From the human T2T-CHM13v2.0 reference genome, Homo sapiens: DNA of 64,000 nt. Of this stretch, positions 24,881 through 37,005 are shown one piece after another; the stretch's first letter is position 1, and the number at the start of each line of letters is the position of its first letter. The notes under the pieces are model-generated. The model was not told the origin of the DNA and did no database searches. It saw only the letters and a program-made list of their open reading frames with translations. A program made the translations under genes and the position numbers. The stretch lies in the NCBI RefSeq assembly GCF_009914755.1, contig NC_060926.1. The stretch is one strand, 5' to 3'.

Positions 24881-26398
24881 GGGGTTTTGCTTTTGTTTTT
24901 AAATATTTTTATTTGTTTTGAATGGGAAAGACTCAAAGTTTACTTTTGAAGAAGTTGAGTTGGAATAACTATTTTATTTCCAAGAAATGTGTCAAGGAAA
25001 TGTATTCAATTAGCTCATTAAATACCCAGAATCACTTAAGCAGTGGGAAATGTGGGCCTTGGAGAAGGCAGGACCCAGCGGAACCCGCGTCCCCTCTCCT
25101 TGCTTTTATTCCTCCTGGTGAGTGACCTGCTGTTATCTCAGCACCTCCGTGCCCAGGCTGTCCACAGAGGTTTTCCTGGAGGGCTGCAGGTGATGTCTCC
25201 AGGGCACAGGAAGGGGCACAGAAAGCAGTGCCTGGAGGGCATATTACTGCATATTACGGCAAATAATTCTCTCTGGAAAACTAAGGCCAATTTGACATAA
25301 TGTGTGTTAGTATAGAAGAAAGGGATTAGCATAAATTGCAACTTTGATTTGGAACGCCTAATTACCTCTAATCTGGTTGTGTTCCTGACTTTAGTTTTTT
25401 TAACATTTTGAGCAGAAGTTAGGTTTATTTCAGATGGCATCATCTGGTTCGCACGGTGTAATAAAACAACAGATGATCTATTAGAGGTCTTTGTTGAATC
25501 TTATTTGCTTTCCTTAGCTAGCATTTAAAATTTTATATATTTAAAATACTATGTTTTATTTGTTAAAGCTCGGCACACCCTTCCCGTGTCCTCGGTCATG
25601 GAAACTGTTCTCTGTGGACACCAAGTTCAGTGTTTTCCATTCCTAGATCCCTGGGTTGCAGGCAATGTCCTCACCAGGACAATTAACCGGTAGCAATGGT
25701 GAGTGGTCAGCGTGATGAATTAGTTGGAAGTTAATATCCTATGTGAGTGTGGACTTTACATCAAGATATAACATCGATCAATATCGCATCTTTTTGATGT
25801 GAACTAAAAACTGTTCTTGTCCTGAATAACGAGAGCAGAGCAAGCCCTTCCTCCGAAGGCGGCTGCACTACCTGAGCTTCTCTGGGAGTGGCCCACTGCT
25901 CACTGTGGACGCTGCTCACCACGCATCTGCCACTTGGGGTCTCTGCACCCTGTTCCGGGTCCTGCTCCTTATTAGTGCCGCCCCTGAGGTCCTCCACGAG
26001 AGCCCCACGGGTCCCCCAGGGCGGTGGCGAGGGGGACTTGTCCTGGGCAATGGTGTGGCTGGGGGACAAGCGATGGCTTAGTGAAAGTCTGCAGCAAGAA
26101 TGTGCTCAGATGCATCGGTCACTGGGGGATCTGGAGAAATTAGGCTAGCCAGAGCTCCTATTGCTAGGGAGATTCCTAGGTCATCATGGAGAAAGCCTGT
26201 TTAGCAGGATGATATGGCCTCTGTATGCACTCAGAGTGAGTGCGTCCTTCCAGACACTGCCTGTGACTTATTTTTATAGGAATTTGACTTTTACTTTGAG
26301 TTTTGGGTTCCAACTTTACAACTCCAGGCTTGGTCTGTATCAGCTAAAACTTTTATTCCTGTGCTGACCTCAGCATATTGATACACTTGCTCTTCTGT

Positions 26399-26685
26399 GG
26401 TGTGTATGTGCCTATGTGTATGTGTGTGCATGCATTTGTGTGTGTCTGTGTGCCCGTGTTTGTGTCTGTGTGTGTGCGTGCATCCCTGTATGTGTGTGCA
26501 TGAGTGTTTGGGCATGTGTGGAGGTATGCATGTAGGCCATGTGTGTTGCATGTGTGTGTGTGTCTGTGTGCCCGTGTTTGTGTCTGTGTGTGTGCATGCA
26601 TCCCTGTATGTGTGTGCATGAGTGTTTGGGCATGTGTGGAGGTATGCATGTGGGCCATGTGTGTTGCATGTGGGTGTGTGTGCAG
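26399..26685 (+). repeat. (TG)-rich low-complexity repeat containing an approximately 118-bp tandem duplication
   Basis: tgtctgtgtgcccgtgtttgtgtc...gagtgtttgggcatgtgtggaggtatgcatgt occurs twice. Confidence 0.9.
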
Positions 26686-28148
26686 GTGGTTTATAGGATG
26701 TGGGAGGGGAGGTTGGAAGTTGGAAGAGGCATGGCTGCTTCCTGGGTGGTGGCATGAGAAAGGTCTGGATGCTATAAAAGCAGCAGGTGTTTGTGTTTTT
26801 GGGTGGCCTAGGTCAACAATTAAGGACATACTTCTGAGCTCCATTCTGCAGGAATCATTACCGAGAACGCTGGTGGCCCTTCCTTTTCTCAGAGCCTGAG
26901 AGCTGTCAGTCATAGTAACTGGCAGGGAGCGTGAGAACCATGGCCCCAGGAGAAGCAAGGAGAGAGACTGGGACCTGGGACCTCTCCCAAGCCTCAGGGC
27001 CCTTCTCTTTTACGGCAAACAGGTTGACTTTCCGCAGGCCACGGCGTCCTGAGGAAGCCCCATCGCTCAGCCCCTCCCATTGTCAAGCCCACACGCCTGG
27101 GCTAGGGGCTCAGTGCTTGCAGCCCTGTGGCGGAGCTGGCCTTGCCTCCCTCTGTGTGCAGCGGAGTGGGGGATGCCCACCTGTCATCAGGCGCCCGTGT
27201 GTGAGAGTAAATGTGGGAGGCAATGGTGAGATATCCTCACAGGTGTGGTGAGAACGCACATCAAAGTCAGGCAGGGAGCTGCGGGCACCTACATTTCATC
27301 CTGTTTCATGCTGGTTAGCTAGAATTCTGTTTTCCCAGTCGAGTGTTCACTTATAAGAGTTACACGTTACACACACTCATGGGGAAATACTGAGGAGGGT
27401 CTTCCTGCCCTTAGGGATATGTCTACATTTCTTCATCTCTCCAGTGAGCTCAGCCCTCGGTCAGGCAAGGCCAGCAGTCAGGCTGCAAAGGGCCAGGGGG
27501 CCTGGGTCCAGCCACACCCCATGCACCTGGGACATAGCCAGGGCCTCCTTCCCGGCTGCCCTTGGTGCCTCCACAGGCACTGCCCCTTCCAGAGAGCTGG
27601 TGGATCCACAGACGTCCCGTGAGCTCCCAGAGCCGTGGCAGCACTCCCAGTTCCAGCACCCACCCGGTCTGGCAATCTCACCCGTGTACAGCCCCCTGGG
27701 GTCAGCGAAGTGGGTGGGAGCACACAGTGCCCACAGGGATGGGAAGAAACCATTAGAGTTCCCATTGGGTGCAGTTTTACTTATGCTGGGTGAGGTGTGG
27801 ATTGCAGTGGCCGGTCCCTGGGCTGCCAGCCAGATAGTCACGTGTGACAGTGTGTGTGAGCACAGTCCTGCATGTGTGGTTGTTAAATTACCAGATGCAA
27901 TGCAGTGGGGCACACACTCTTTTTTGTGCTGTGTTGAGTGATTGAAAGCCAGAGGAAACCACTCGGAACCCTCCTGAAACTCTCCTGTGCGTGGGGATCA
28001 GCTGAGGATGTTGGGAGGAGCAGATTCTGGCTTGGTTGGCAGCTTCCCTCGGCGATGGTCTGTGGTTCCCATGAGTGCTGAGGAGGCCTCCACTGTGGAA
28101 ACAAGCCCAACAAGCCCTTCCTACCGCACTGTGCTACTTAATGGAGGC

Positions 28149-28246
28149 ATTTGATGAGCTGGTTTTCTAAATCCTTTTGCTATTTGATGAGCTGGTTTTT
28201 TAAATCCTTTTGCTATTTGATGAGTTGGTTTTTTAAATCCTTTTGC
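28149..28246 (+). repeat. 33-bp tandem repeat x3
   Basis: atttgatgagctggtttt(c/t)taaatccttttgct repeated three times. Confidence 0.9.
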
Positions 28247-29446
28247 TCAGCCTGGATCTTACCTGATGAACTCCGGATCTCTGGGGCAGACACAGGCGCT
28301 GGGGCTCCTTGAACCCCCTGTTTGGTTCTCACAGCAGCTGAGTTGCAGAGCTGCGGGGTCCTATGTGGCCACAGCCTCATCCTTCACACGTGGGGACCTC
28401 CCCGTCCGTGGGCCAGGCTCTGCCCTCATGTATGGCTCTGAATGTGAGGGTTGATTAGCACTGGGGCTCTAGGCAGAGAGGATGGTGGAGTCTCAGCCCT
28501 CCTTGCTGGGCCACTGGCCTCCAGCTGTGCCCATCCCTCTCCCCCGCCACGTGGCATGAGGACCAAGTGCCCTGGCTGCCACCCCTGCTCCTGCACTCCG
28601 GAGGCTGGGTCCCGACAAGGCACTGGGCATGTGGCCGGGCGTAACTGCTATCCTGTGGGACGCCCAAGCCCTGTGCCTGACCGGCGGCCTGCTCTGGAGC
28701 CCCCAGGGCAGCTTTCCCTGACTCTCCCGGAGGAGGAGGCAACGTTTCTAATGATCCAAAGGTGTCTTTCTGAACTGTCTTTCCTTCATCTGCTGACAAA
28801 GCTGATAGATTTATCTTCTTTGACTAATTAAACTTCCCTCCTGATCAATACTTCCTTGCAATTCCACATTGTGTTGCTTGCTGTCCAGGAACAACAAGCC
28901 TGGCCTGTTCCCCAGCTCCCAAGACACAGCAGCAGCCCCTGCAGGAGCTTGGGCCACGCCCACCTGCTCCCTTCTGAGAAGGCCGCTTCCTCCTCGGCTG
29001 TCGTTACTTCCAATGTGTTCCTTTCCTACTCCAGGCCAACAAACCTTCACACAGATATTTTATGAATCTTAAAAACTATCATTTTTATTCAAATAACTTT
29101 AGTTAAACTAAAAAAAATATATATATATATTTGGAAGTGGGAAAAATTATTAAAATAAAATACTATAAAACTTCACAAGTTAAAAAAAAAAAACGCCTGG
29201 CTAATTTTCTTTTAAAAACATGCCTTATATAAATCCTACAAAAACGGCTCAGGAACAATTATTCAACATTTTATTATTTTTTGCATAAATGAATCAAATC
29301 CTTATCGGTTGAGCACAGATCTGTGCACACGCGAGCACTACACGTGCATTTTAGGATTGTCTTGAGCAGGAGGCGTGCGTCACCTGTCCCCACCCCTGGC
29401 TCCTGCCCTCACACCATTTTTTTGTGTTTCCACTTTGTCCCTACAG

Positions 29447-29584
29447 ACGAAAACCACTATTGCTCTGTTGTATGATGAAGAGTCCGAAAATGCCTATGAC
29501 ATCCGGCTGAAGCTGACGAAAGCGGTGCTGACAATTCAGAAACAAGATGTTGTCTGTGTGGGTGGAAGCCACCAGGGCAGGAAT
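29447..29584 (+). CDS. SNTG2: Gamma-2 syntrophin coding exon (exon 2), 138 nt, phase 0/0: TKTTIALLYDEESENAYDIRLKLTKAVLTIQKQDVVCVGGSHQGRN
   Basis: Polypyrimidine tract then ccctacag| acceptor; |gtaagt donor at 29585; peptide matches remembered SNTG2 residues ~25-70. Confidence 0.96.
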
Positions 29585-29834
29585 GTAAGTGCCATCACTT
29601 CAGGGAAGTCTTGGAGTGTTTCGGACGAGCCCCATGAACGGTCTTTGAAAAGTGTGGTTCAAGAATGATTGCTGAGCAAAAGCTGCTACTCGTTATTTAA
29701 ATATCCCCAACTACTGGCTTTCACTGTGTCACAAAATACAGTTTTTAAGGTTGTATTATTTACTCTCTCCCTGACTTTCTTATTTGCCAATACATTTTCC
29801 ATGTAAAGCTTTACGTAAAAAATAGCCCCAATCC

Positions 29835-29998
29835 TGGCGTGTGCCTGTAATCCCAGCTACTCGGAAGTCCGAGGCAGGGGAATCACTTGAATCTAGGAGG
29901 CGGAGGTTTCAGTGAGCCAAGATCGCACCACTGCACTCCAGCCTGGGCAATAGAGCGAGGCTCCATCTCAAAAAAAAAAGGAAAAAAAGAAAAAGAAA
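29835..29998 (+). mobile_element. Alu right monomer (5'-truncated AluS)
   Basis: gcctgtaatcccagctactcgg...gcactccagcctgggcaatagagcgag followed by an A tail. Confidence 0.9.
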
Positions 29999-30549
29999 TA
30001 CCCCCAAAAGCCACCATGTGAGATGTGGAATGTTTTCAGTGTGTTTTTGAAAATATTCCAAAAACCATTTCCATTCCTACGTTCTAGGCTGGCCCTTTCT
30101 GGGGGCACAGGCTTAGGAGACCCTGTGTCTATTTGGTTTTCTGAGTCCTCCTGTCCTTTACCTTGGAAATAAAATGAAGGGGGCATTTCCCCCCTTACTC
30201 GCAATCCTGTGATCAGTGTTTCTGAAAGAGGTGCAGATGTTAGCAAAGTATGACGGGTTTCCCGAGAAGGTCCACAAAGATCCCACCGTAAACCGTTCTG
30301 CTGTTGATGTGTATCATGTACAAGTGGCTCCTGTGAACATCCTGGCTCACACCTTCAGTTTGGAGCCCCTCCTTCTGTGGCTGGCACCCGGTCCGCCCTC
30401 CTGCTCCCCGACATGTCCCCTGTGGCTCAAGGAGGCGAAGGCTCTGGGATGGGGGCAGGGTCCCCCTTTCAGTTGCTCTTTCCTGGAACCCCAGCCCCAG
30501 AACCACATCCCACCACGTGCCCTCTTCGTTCTGGCTCCAGGACTGCATC

Positions 30550-30940
30550 TGTCTTCGTCTGTTTGAGTTGCTGTAACAAAATCCCCAAGCTGGGTAATTT
30601 ACAAAGAACAGAAATGCATTGCTCACAGTTCTGGAGGCTCAGAGCACAGGATCAAGGTGCCCGCAGGCTGGGTGGTCTGGTGAGGGTCTGCTCTCTTTCC
30701 AGACAGCGCCTTGAATGCTGCATCCTCCAGAGAGGACGATCACTGTGTCCTTGGGTGGCGGGAGGAGGAAGGGGTGAGATCTCTCCGCCAAGCTTTCGTG
30801 TGAGGGCACCTGACCCCATTCATGAGCTCACAGCCCTCATGGCTCAGTCACCTCCCACAGCCCACACCCCGGCACCACTGCCCTGGGTAGTAAGTTTCCA
30901 CGTGAGCTTTGGAGGAGACACAGACATCCCAACCACGGCC
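30550..30940 (-). mobile_element. MaLR solo LTR (MSTD/MLT1A-like)
   Basis: tgtcttcgtctgtttgagttgctgtaacaaaat...gctcacagttctggaggc...gatcaaggtgcc, typical of a minus-strand MaLR. Confidence 0.8.
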
Positions 30941-32049
30941 TCTGCGTTCAAGAGGCCACTGTCGGTCTTCACGGGCTCATGCAAGATTCCCACAACCCTG
31001 AGGCTTTTTTTCCCCGACATGTAGATAAATCGCATGTCTGCTTTTATGTCGTCTAATCACTAACCATTATTTTTTTTCCTCCACTTGTTCTAAATACCTA
31101 ATAAGAGTGGGCTTGAGCAAAGAAAAAAATCAAGGAAGGTTTCGTAATCATTTTAAACTTACCCTGCTTAATAGAGATTTTTAACTATAGAAAATCTCAA
31201 AGTAAAAACACTAAATGTTTTTATGCTGTATTGGCTAGAAAAAAATAAATTACATTTTAAAAGTCTATAGCATCAGATTCTCTACCAAAAGTTAGGTTAT
31301 TGGTGAAAATGAAAGACTCCTTAAGAAAAATGGGCCTATGCTCATAGGTATAGACTTATGCGTACAGTTTTAGGTGAATTATTGACTCCAAACCTCTAGT
31401 TATATTTGTATTCCCACCTGCACATTGGAGAAGACAACATTAACGGGTAGATGTGTGTTTTGTTTTCTTGAACCTGCTGAAAATAGAACCACATTATCCG
31501 TTAATGATAGATGACCATAAAACAAAAAAGAGCAAAACTAGCTTTACCTTTAACAAAGCCAACAGGTCTCTAAATTCTGTCCGTGTATCCGGCAGTGCAG
31601 AATCTGAATTGATGTATTATTTTACTTCCTATTCCTTTATAGTGACATGAAGTGTCGATGTTTAAGGATCTCAGGATTCTGTCTCCCAGAGACAGTGTGG
31701 GCTTTCAGGACGGGAGAGCCGGCTTCCTCTTACCTTTCAGAATTTCCATTTAGATTGCTTTATTTCTTTTATAATTGTCATTGTGCATTAGATGTTCTTT
31801 TAATTTATAAGTCCATGTTGGTACTTTGAATTAATGTGGTGGGATGCTGTATATTACACTTGTTATGTTAGGTCACGGTAGATTTGCAGTTGGAAAGTAT
31901 TTTAGAAAATTTCACATCTTCATTTTACTATTTAGGAAATTAAGATTCAGGAAGAAGAAGGTATGCGTCTAATATTACAGTTACTCACATAGTTAAGACA
32001 GCAATGGGCACAGCTCTGCTAATTTATAATCTAAGGGATGCTCTCTGAT

Positions 32050-33120
32050 AAGTTAGTGAAGACCACACAAGAAACAGACAACCACAAGCAGCACCAACAC
32101 AAACAGTGCTGGGTGACTATTAAAATAGTGTGAGTTTAGAGAGGGCTTCAATCACGGAAACTGGTGTGAGGTGATTTAACCTGTGCATCAGGGGACAGCC
32201 CAGGGGCTGAGCCAGAGAGGAAGACACGGGCTCGCTCTCTCGCTCTCTCTGTCTCTCTCTCTCCTGCATAGAAGCAGAAAGCCCAAAAAGTCAGATCTTC
32301 TGTGAGTGAACTTGAAAAACAATCTGTCCCTTAGAAAGGGACAGTCAGAACATTCACCTGGAAGAGAGACAAAGACACAAATCCCGAAGGATCCCAACCC
32401 CACATCTGCCCTCATGGGGGTTTGGTGCTGAGATTTATGACATAGAAACCACCAGCAGAAAATGAAGTTTAATGTTTCAGATTTGGAGGTTCCCCAGGTA
32501 CGAAGTAGAAGCAAAATGCACATTCTCTCCAGCACAATCTACTCTAATGAAGGCCTCAGGCCACTGCCAAGTGTAAGGTCACAGGACCCTGTGGAGATCC
32601 TAAAATTATTTGTTAATGCAGAAACGGACTCACTGACAATTCAGGTTAAAAATGATCTGATTCACAATATAAAGTACTTGGATTTATTATGTTTCAAAAC
32701 ATGAAATAGGATATATAAATATGAAAAAGGAACAAGGGGCTATAAAAAGTCATCCAGCAGATGTGAAAACACACCAAGATAATATCTAGAAATTAAAATA
32801 GAAACAATACCTGAAATGAACCTCCATGAACAATTTAAATAACGTGTTAGGTACCAATGAGAAGCATGAAGTATAAACAGAGCTGAAGAAATGACACAGA
32901 ATGGAGCACAGAGAGCTGGGAAACATGGAGGGAAATGGGCCTGGAGAGTGGCCTGGGGTTGCTGACATTTGAGGAATCCGGGGTGCTAAGGAGCAGAAGG
33001 AGGGTGGCAGGAAACGGAGGTCAAGGAGGCAGGGCTGACAAGTCTACGTAAGTGCTGGCAGATAGCAGCCCTCAGGTTTAGATGGCCGACAGATAGCAGG
33101 AGGGGTAAATAAAAAGACAG
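32050..33120 (+). mobile_element. Degraded old L1M 5'/ORF1-region fragments
   Basis: A-rich ORF1-like sequence (ctagaaattaaaata, gagctgaagaaatgacacagaatggagcacagaga). Confidence 0.45.
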
Positions 33121-35319
33121 CGGCACTTCCTTCTGGTGATGCGCACCTGCTGTTGTGCACACCTGCTCTTGTCCTCATGGCTGTGCTGGCCTCATGAAGA
33201 GTTTGGAGGGCTTTCCTCTCTTTCTTCTTCCCAGAAGAGTTCGTGTAGCATGGCTGTTCTGTCTGTCCTATAGGAAGGCTTTGTCAGGGTAATGTAAGTC
33301 TGTAGACTTAACTATCAGAATTCAAAGTACATCGTGCTCTAGCCCTGACCTAACCTCTTACTGTTCCCGGGTAAATGCAGGTTAGGCCACTGGCCACACT
33401 CTGCTGATGCTGCAGTATGTGATATTGACTTTGCCACTCTGTTAGACTATATGTAGCTTAACATCAAAGACCATGGTGTTTTCTTCTGTTTCCTATATGT
33501 ATCTTTACAACTGTGCAAATGAGACTAAAGCCATTTTTGAATGATTGAGCGCATAAGTAAATAAAAAGACATATTTTAGAATATGCAAATTAAGACCATT
33601 AAATAACGTATGGTAATGTACTAATCGAGTCAGTCTCAAGCCTTTGAGCCTTCAAAAGGCAGGCAATTACAGTGGTCCACTGAGCTTGTGAAAATCATTT
33701 TTAAAATGTAGGTGTATTGCTTCTATAACAACCAACGTGAAGGAAACCCAAGATCTGTGATTTGAATTTGAATTGAAGAAGTTAAAGTCTCTCAGATTGT
33801 TGAATGGATCATCACACTTGCAAGCGTGTAGGAGTTTATGATAAATTCTATACACAATATACAAAATTCTACACTTGCTTGTCATACAGTCAATATTTCA
33901 TGGCTACTTTATCTAAATTTATATCTATATTTCACACCCAAGTTGCTTCTTATTCTTTGGGTCCAAAATCAGGAGTAGACATCGCTTCTGCTTTACTTTT
34001 TTAAATTCTAACCTTAATCTTTATTATTTTATGTCCTTAAATTAGGCAAATGACCAATTTCCCTTACAATATTTTATAATTCAGCCAAAATACAAGTAAT
34101 TTAATAGGAACCCTTTTAAGCTAATTGGACACTTTATCAGCATTATGTATTTTTCTGTTGATAACTTTATTGACAAACATTTATTAGTTTGTTAACTCTT
34201 CCATTTTTCTCAGATCCCAACACAGAATCTGTTTCTTTCCAGTTTCTGAAAACCAGTTTCTGTGTGCTTCTTCATGCACTGAGTCAGCTCTGATGCCTGT
34301 GTGTGTCGCCTAACCTGTCTTTCTTGGTTGGGTCCCACTCCGCCTGGCACCCCTGGTCCTGCTCAGGGCATGTGAGCTCTCATTAGTCCATTAGGGGAAG
34401 GTCTGATGGACACCTCGGCCTGTGCTCCACAGAGCTCATCAGTGTAGAGCAAACATGCATGTTTACAAATGGAATACTGCATAAGAAGAATTGGCTACTG
34501 TTCCTAGAAAGTAGAAAACAGAAAGCAAAACAACTGCATTCGGAGCTTTCATTTGTCAGTGACTCACCCACCAGTGGAAGAATCATATAAGCTCATTAGA
34601 GTGTGTCCATAGTCAAACTGTAATATGAATTCTTCCCTCGTTATGTTCTATCCCAGGGCCTACCAGATGTCTTGCTGATTGCCTGGCTGGCTTTAAGTGG
34701 GAGGATATCCTTCTTACGAAAATCACTAACTACACTTCTGTAAGGCATCCATTCTTGTTTGAAATTGATTTCTCTTGTGTTTAAAATGGCCACTGGCCTT
34801 TTTCTTGGATGAATTTATTTCCAAAAGATTTGTCTCCACAGCGGAGGATGGCATGGCGAGGCAGTATGATTGGAACATAAACAAACTGTAAGACACAAAG
34901 TGCCGGGAAAAGTGCAGATAAATTTGGAAGCAAGTGATTTGTGAAATTTCACAGGTACGGGGCTGAAGGCTGCAAGGATGAACCAGGGCTTTGAAATTCA
35001 TACCTTCAGGAGAAAAGTGGACAGTCTTGCTGAAAAGGCTTCTGAAACAATTAACAAAATGCAGTCGTCAGCAAAACATCTAGAATTTATCTGTCATCAC
35101 TTGGATAGTGGCCGACTCTTACAAAATTTACCTTCACCTTAATTTTCAACACTATTGAGTTAGCTCATTAAAATGTTATTTAATGGTACCCAGAATAGGG
35201 TTCACTTTAATAAGGAAAGTTCTGGTTTAAAGAATATGAAAACCTTAAAATAATGAACAGTTTGGCCGTATTCATTATAAAAGTTTACACCAAGGTTTAG
35301 TTAAAAATAATAGTTTACA

Positions 35320-35569
35320 CTTTGGGAGTCTGAGGCAGGAGGATCACAAGGTCAGGAGTTTGAGACCAGCCTGACCAACATGGTGAAACCCCGTTTCTAC
35401 TAAAAATACAAAAATTAGTCGGGTGTGATGGCAGCTCCCTGTAATCCCAGCTACTCAGGAGGCTGAAGCAAGAGAATCACTTGAACCCAAGAGGTAGAGC
35501 TTGCAGTGAGCCGAGATTGTGCCATTGCACTCCAACCTGGGTGACAGAGCGAAACTCCGTCTCAATAAT
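35320..35569 (+). mobile_element. Slightly 5'-truncated Alu (AluSg-like) with almost no poly(A)
   Basis: 14-bp TSD AATAATAGTTTACA at 35306-35319 and 35570-35583; TT/AAAA site at 35301. Confidence 0.95.
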
Positions 35570-36309
35570 AATAATAGTTTACATATGTTTGTGTACGAGG
35601 GTGTGTGCACACAAAAGCACACTTTATAAAGAAATCAAATAGCGCGTCACTCAAGTAGAACTTTCAATAACTAAAATCTAACAGCAAAGACAGTTGCATA
35701 ATCTGCCAAACATTTTTATTTTTTTAAGTATATAATTTTTCAAACCTAAAAAAATTGAAGTGAGCAAACAGAACCCTGTGCAATTATTATTAATATTTAT
35801 TATATGCCAACATAGCACTAGATTGCTTTGGCTCTGTCTACGTTATTAAAGAGTGAAGTGTGCCTCCACATCTGGAGCCTGACTGCCTCCTCACTGGCCT
35901 TTCGGTACTGATGCTCCTACCGACTGTTCCATTTACATTTTTAAATTCTTCCTTCATACGCATTTTTCCACAGACAACATATTTTTTGTGTGTTTTTCAA
36001 TTGTAGATAAATGGAATGCCATTAGGTGCTCATTTTGCAAACGTTATGCTTTTTAAATGGATCTACAATGCATGAAGATAAAACCTGCTCCATGTAGATC
36101 TACTTAGTCCATTCCTTTAAGGACTATGAGTTGTTATATGAACTGTCCAAAGTTGATAAGTTTTCTGCACATTCTTAGTTGGATGTAAGTCCCCACAAGA
36201 AAAATTTATATTTTCAATATTACCAACATATTTATTTTAATAAGCCTAACTTTGCAATGATGTGTACATTCGCTAGAAGTTAATCTGGGGCTCATATGTG
36301 GTGAGTTCT

Positions 36310-37005
36310 TGTTACCAGCTGTGAATCCACAACCGTCTGCAGCAAACTTGATTCTTGCTTCCTTGGAGGAAAGAACTGGGTTGAGGGGCAGAAAGAGGTT
36401 TAAGTCAGAGGGAGAGAGTGAGGCCAGTTTTAGAGCAGGAGTGAAAGTTTATTAAAAAGTTTTAGAGCAGGAATGAAAGGAAGTGAAGGACATTTGCAAG
36501 GGCCGGTGGGTGACTTGAGAGATCAAGAGCCCCATCCAGCCCTTGACTTGGGGTTTTCTCCATTGACATGGTTCCAAGGTTTGCAGCCCCCCTTCCCTGA
36601 TTCTTCCTTCGGGGTGGGCTGTCTGCATGTACAGGGCCGGCCAGCATTTGGGAGGGGCCGCATGCACTGTGTGTTTCCTGGGGCTGTGCACATGTTCACT
36701 TGAGGCGTTTTTCCCTCACCAGTTGAGTCCACCCAGAGGAAAGTCATGGACCAGTTAAATACCACCCTTTTGTCTTGAAGTGTGCATGCTTGAGGCCACT
36801 TGCCCAGCTCCTGAGATCTTATCGGGAAGCTGCTTATCTCCAGCCTCAGGTGTTTTCTATCTACCGGGAGACTGCCTTTTCCTGGTACTGGCTGTGCCCA
36901 ATGATCATTTTAGAGAGAAAGTGTAACAACCACCTGACCACCACCTGATGGTCGCCTGACGTTCTGGGGCTGGGGCCCATCTCCTGCCCTGTTCATGTCT
37001 GCTCT
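36310..37005 (-). mobile_element. MER50-like ERV1 solo LTR
   Basis: Reverse complement has gcagacatgaacagggcaggaga...gtcaggcgaccatcagg...cttcccgataagatctcaggag, AATAAA, and ends GGTAACA. Confidence 0.8.

Noticed and set aside
29375-29668. 97-aa single-exon ORF
   Set aside because: It is SNTG2 exon 2 plus intronic read-through; splice sites delimit 29447-29584.
30377-31024. 215-aa ORF (and 46183-46764, 193 aa)
   Set aside because: The first runs through a MaLR LTR and the second through GC-rich intron; neither has a recognisable domain or exon structure.
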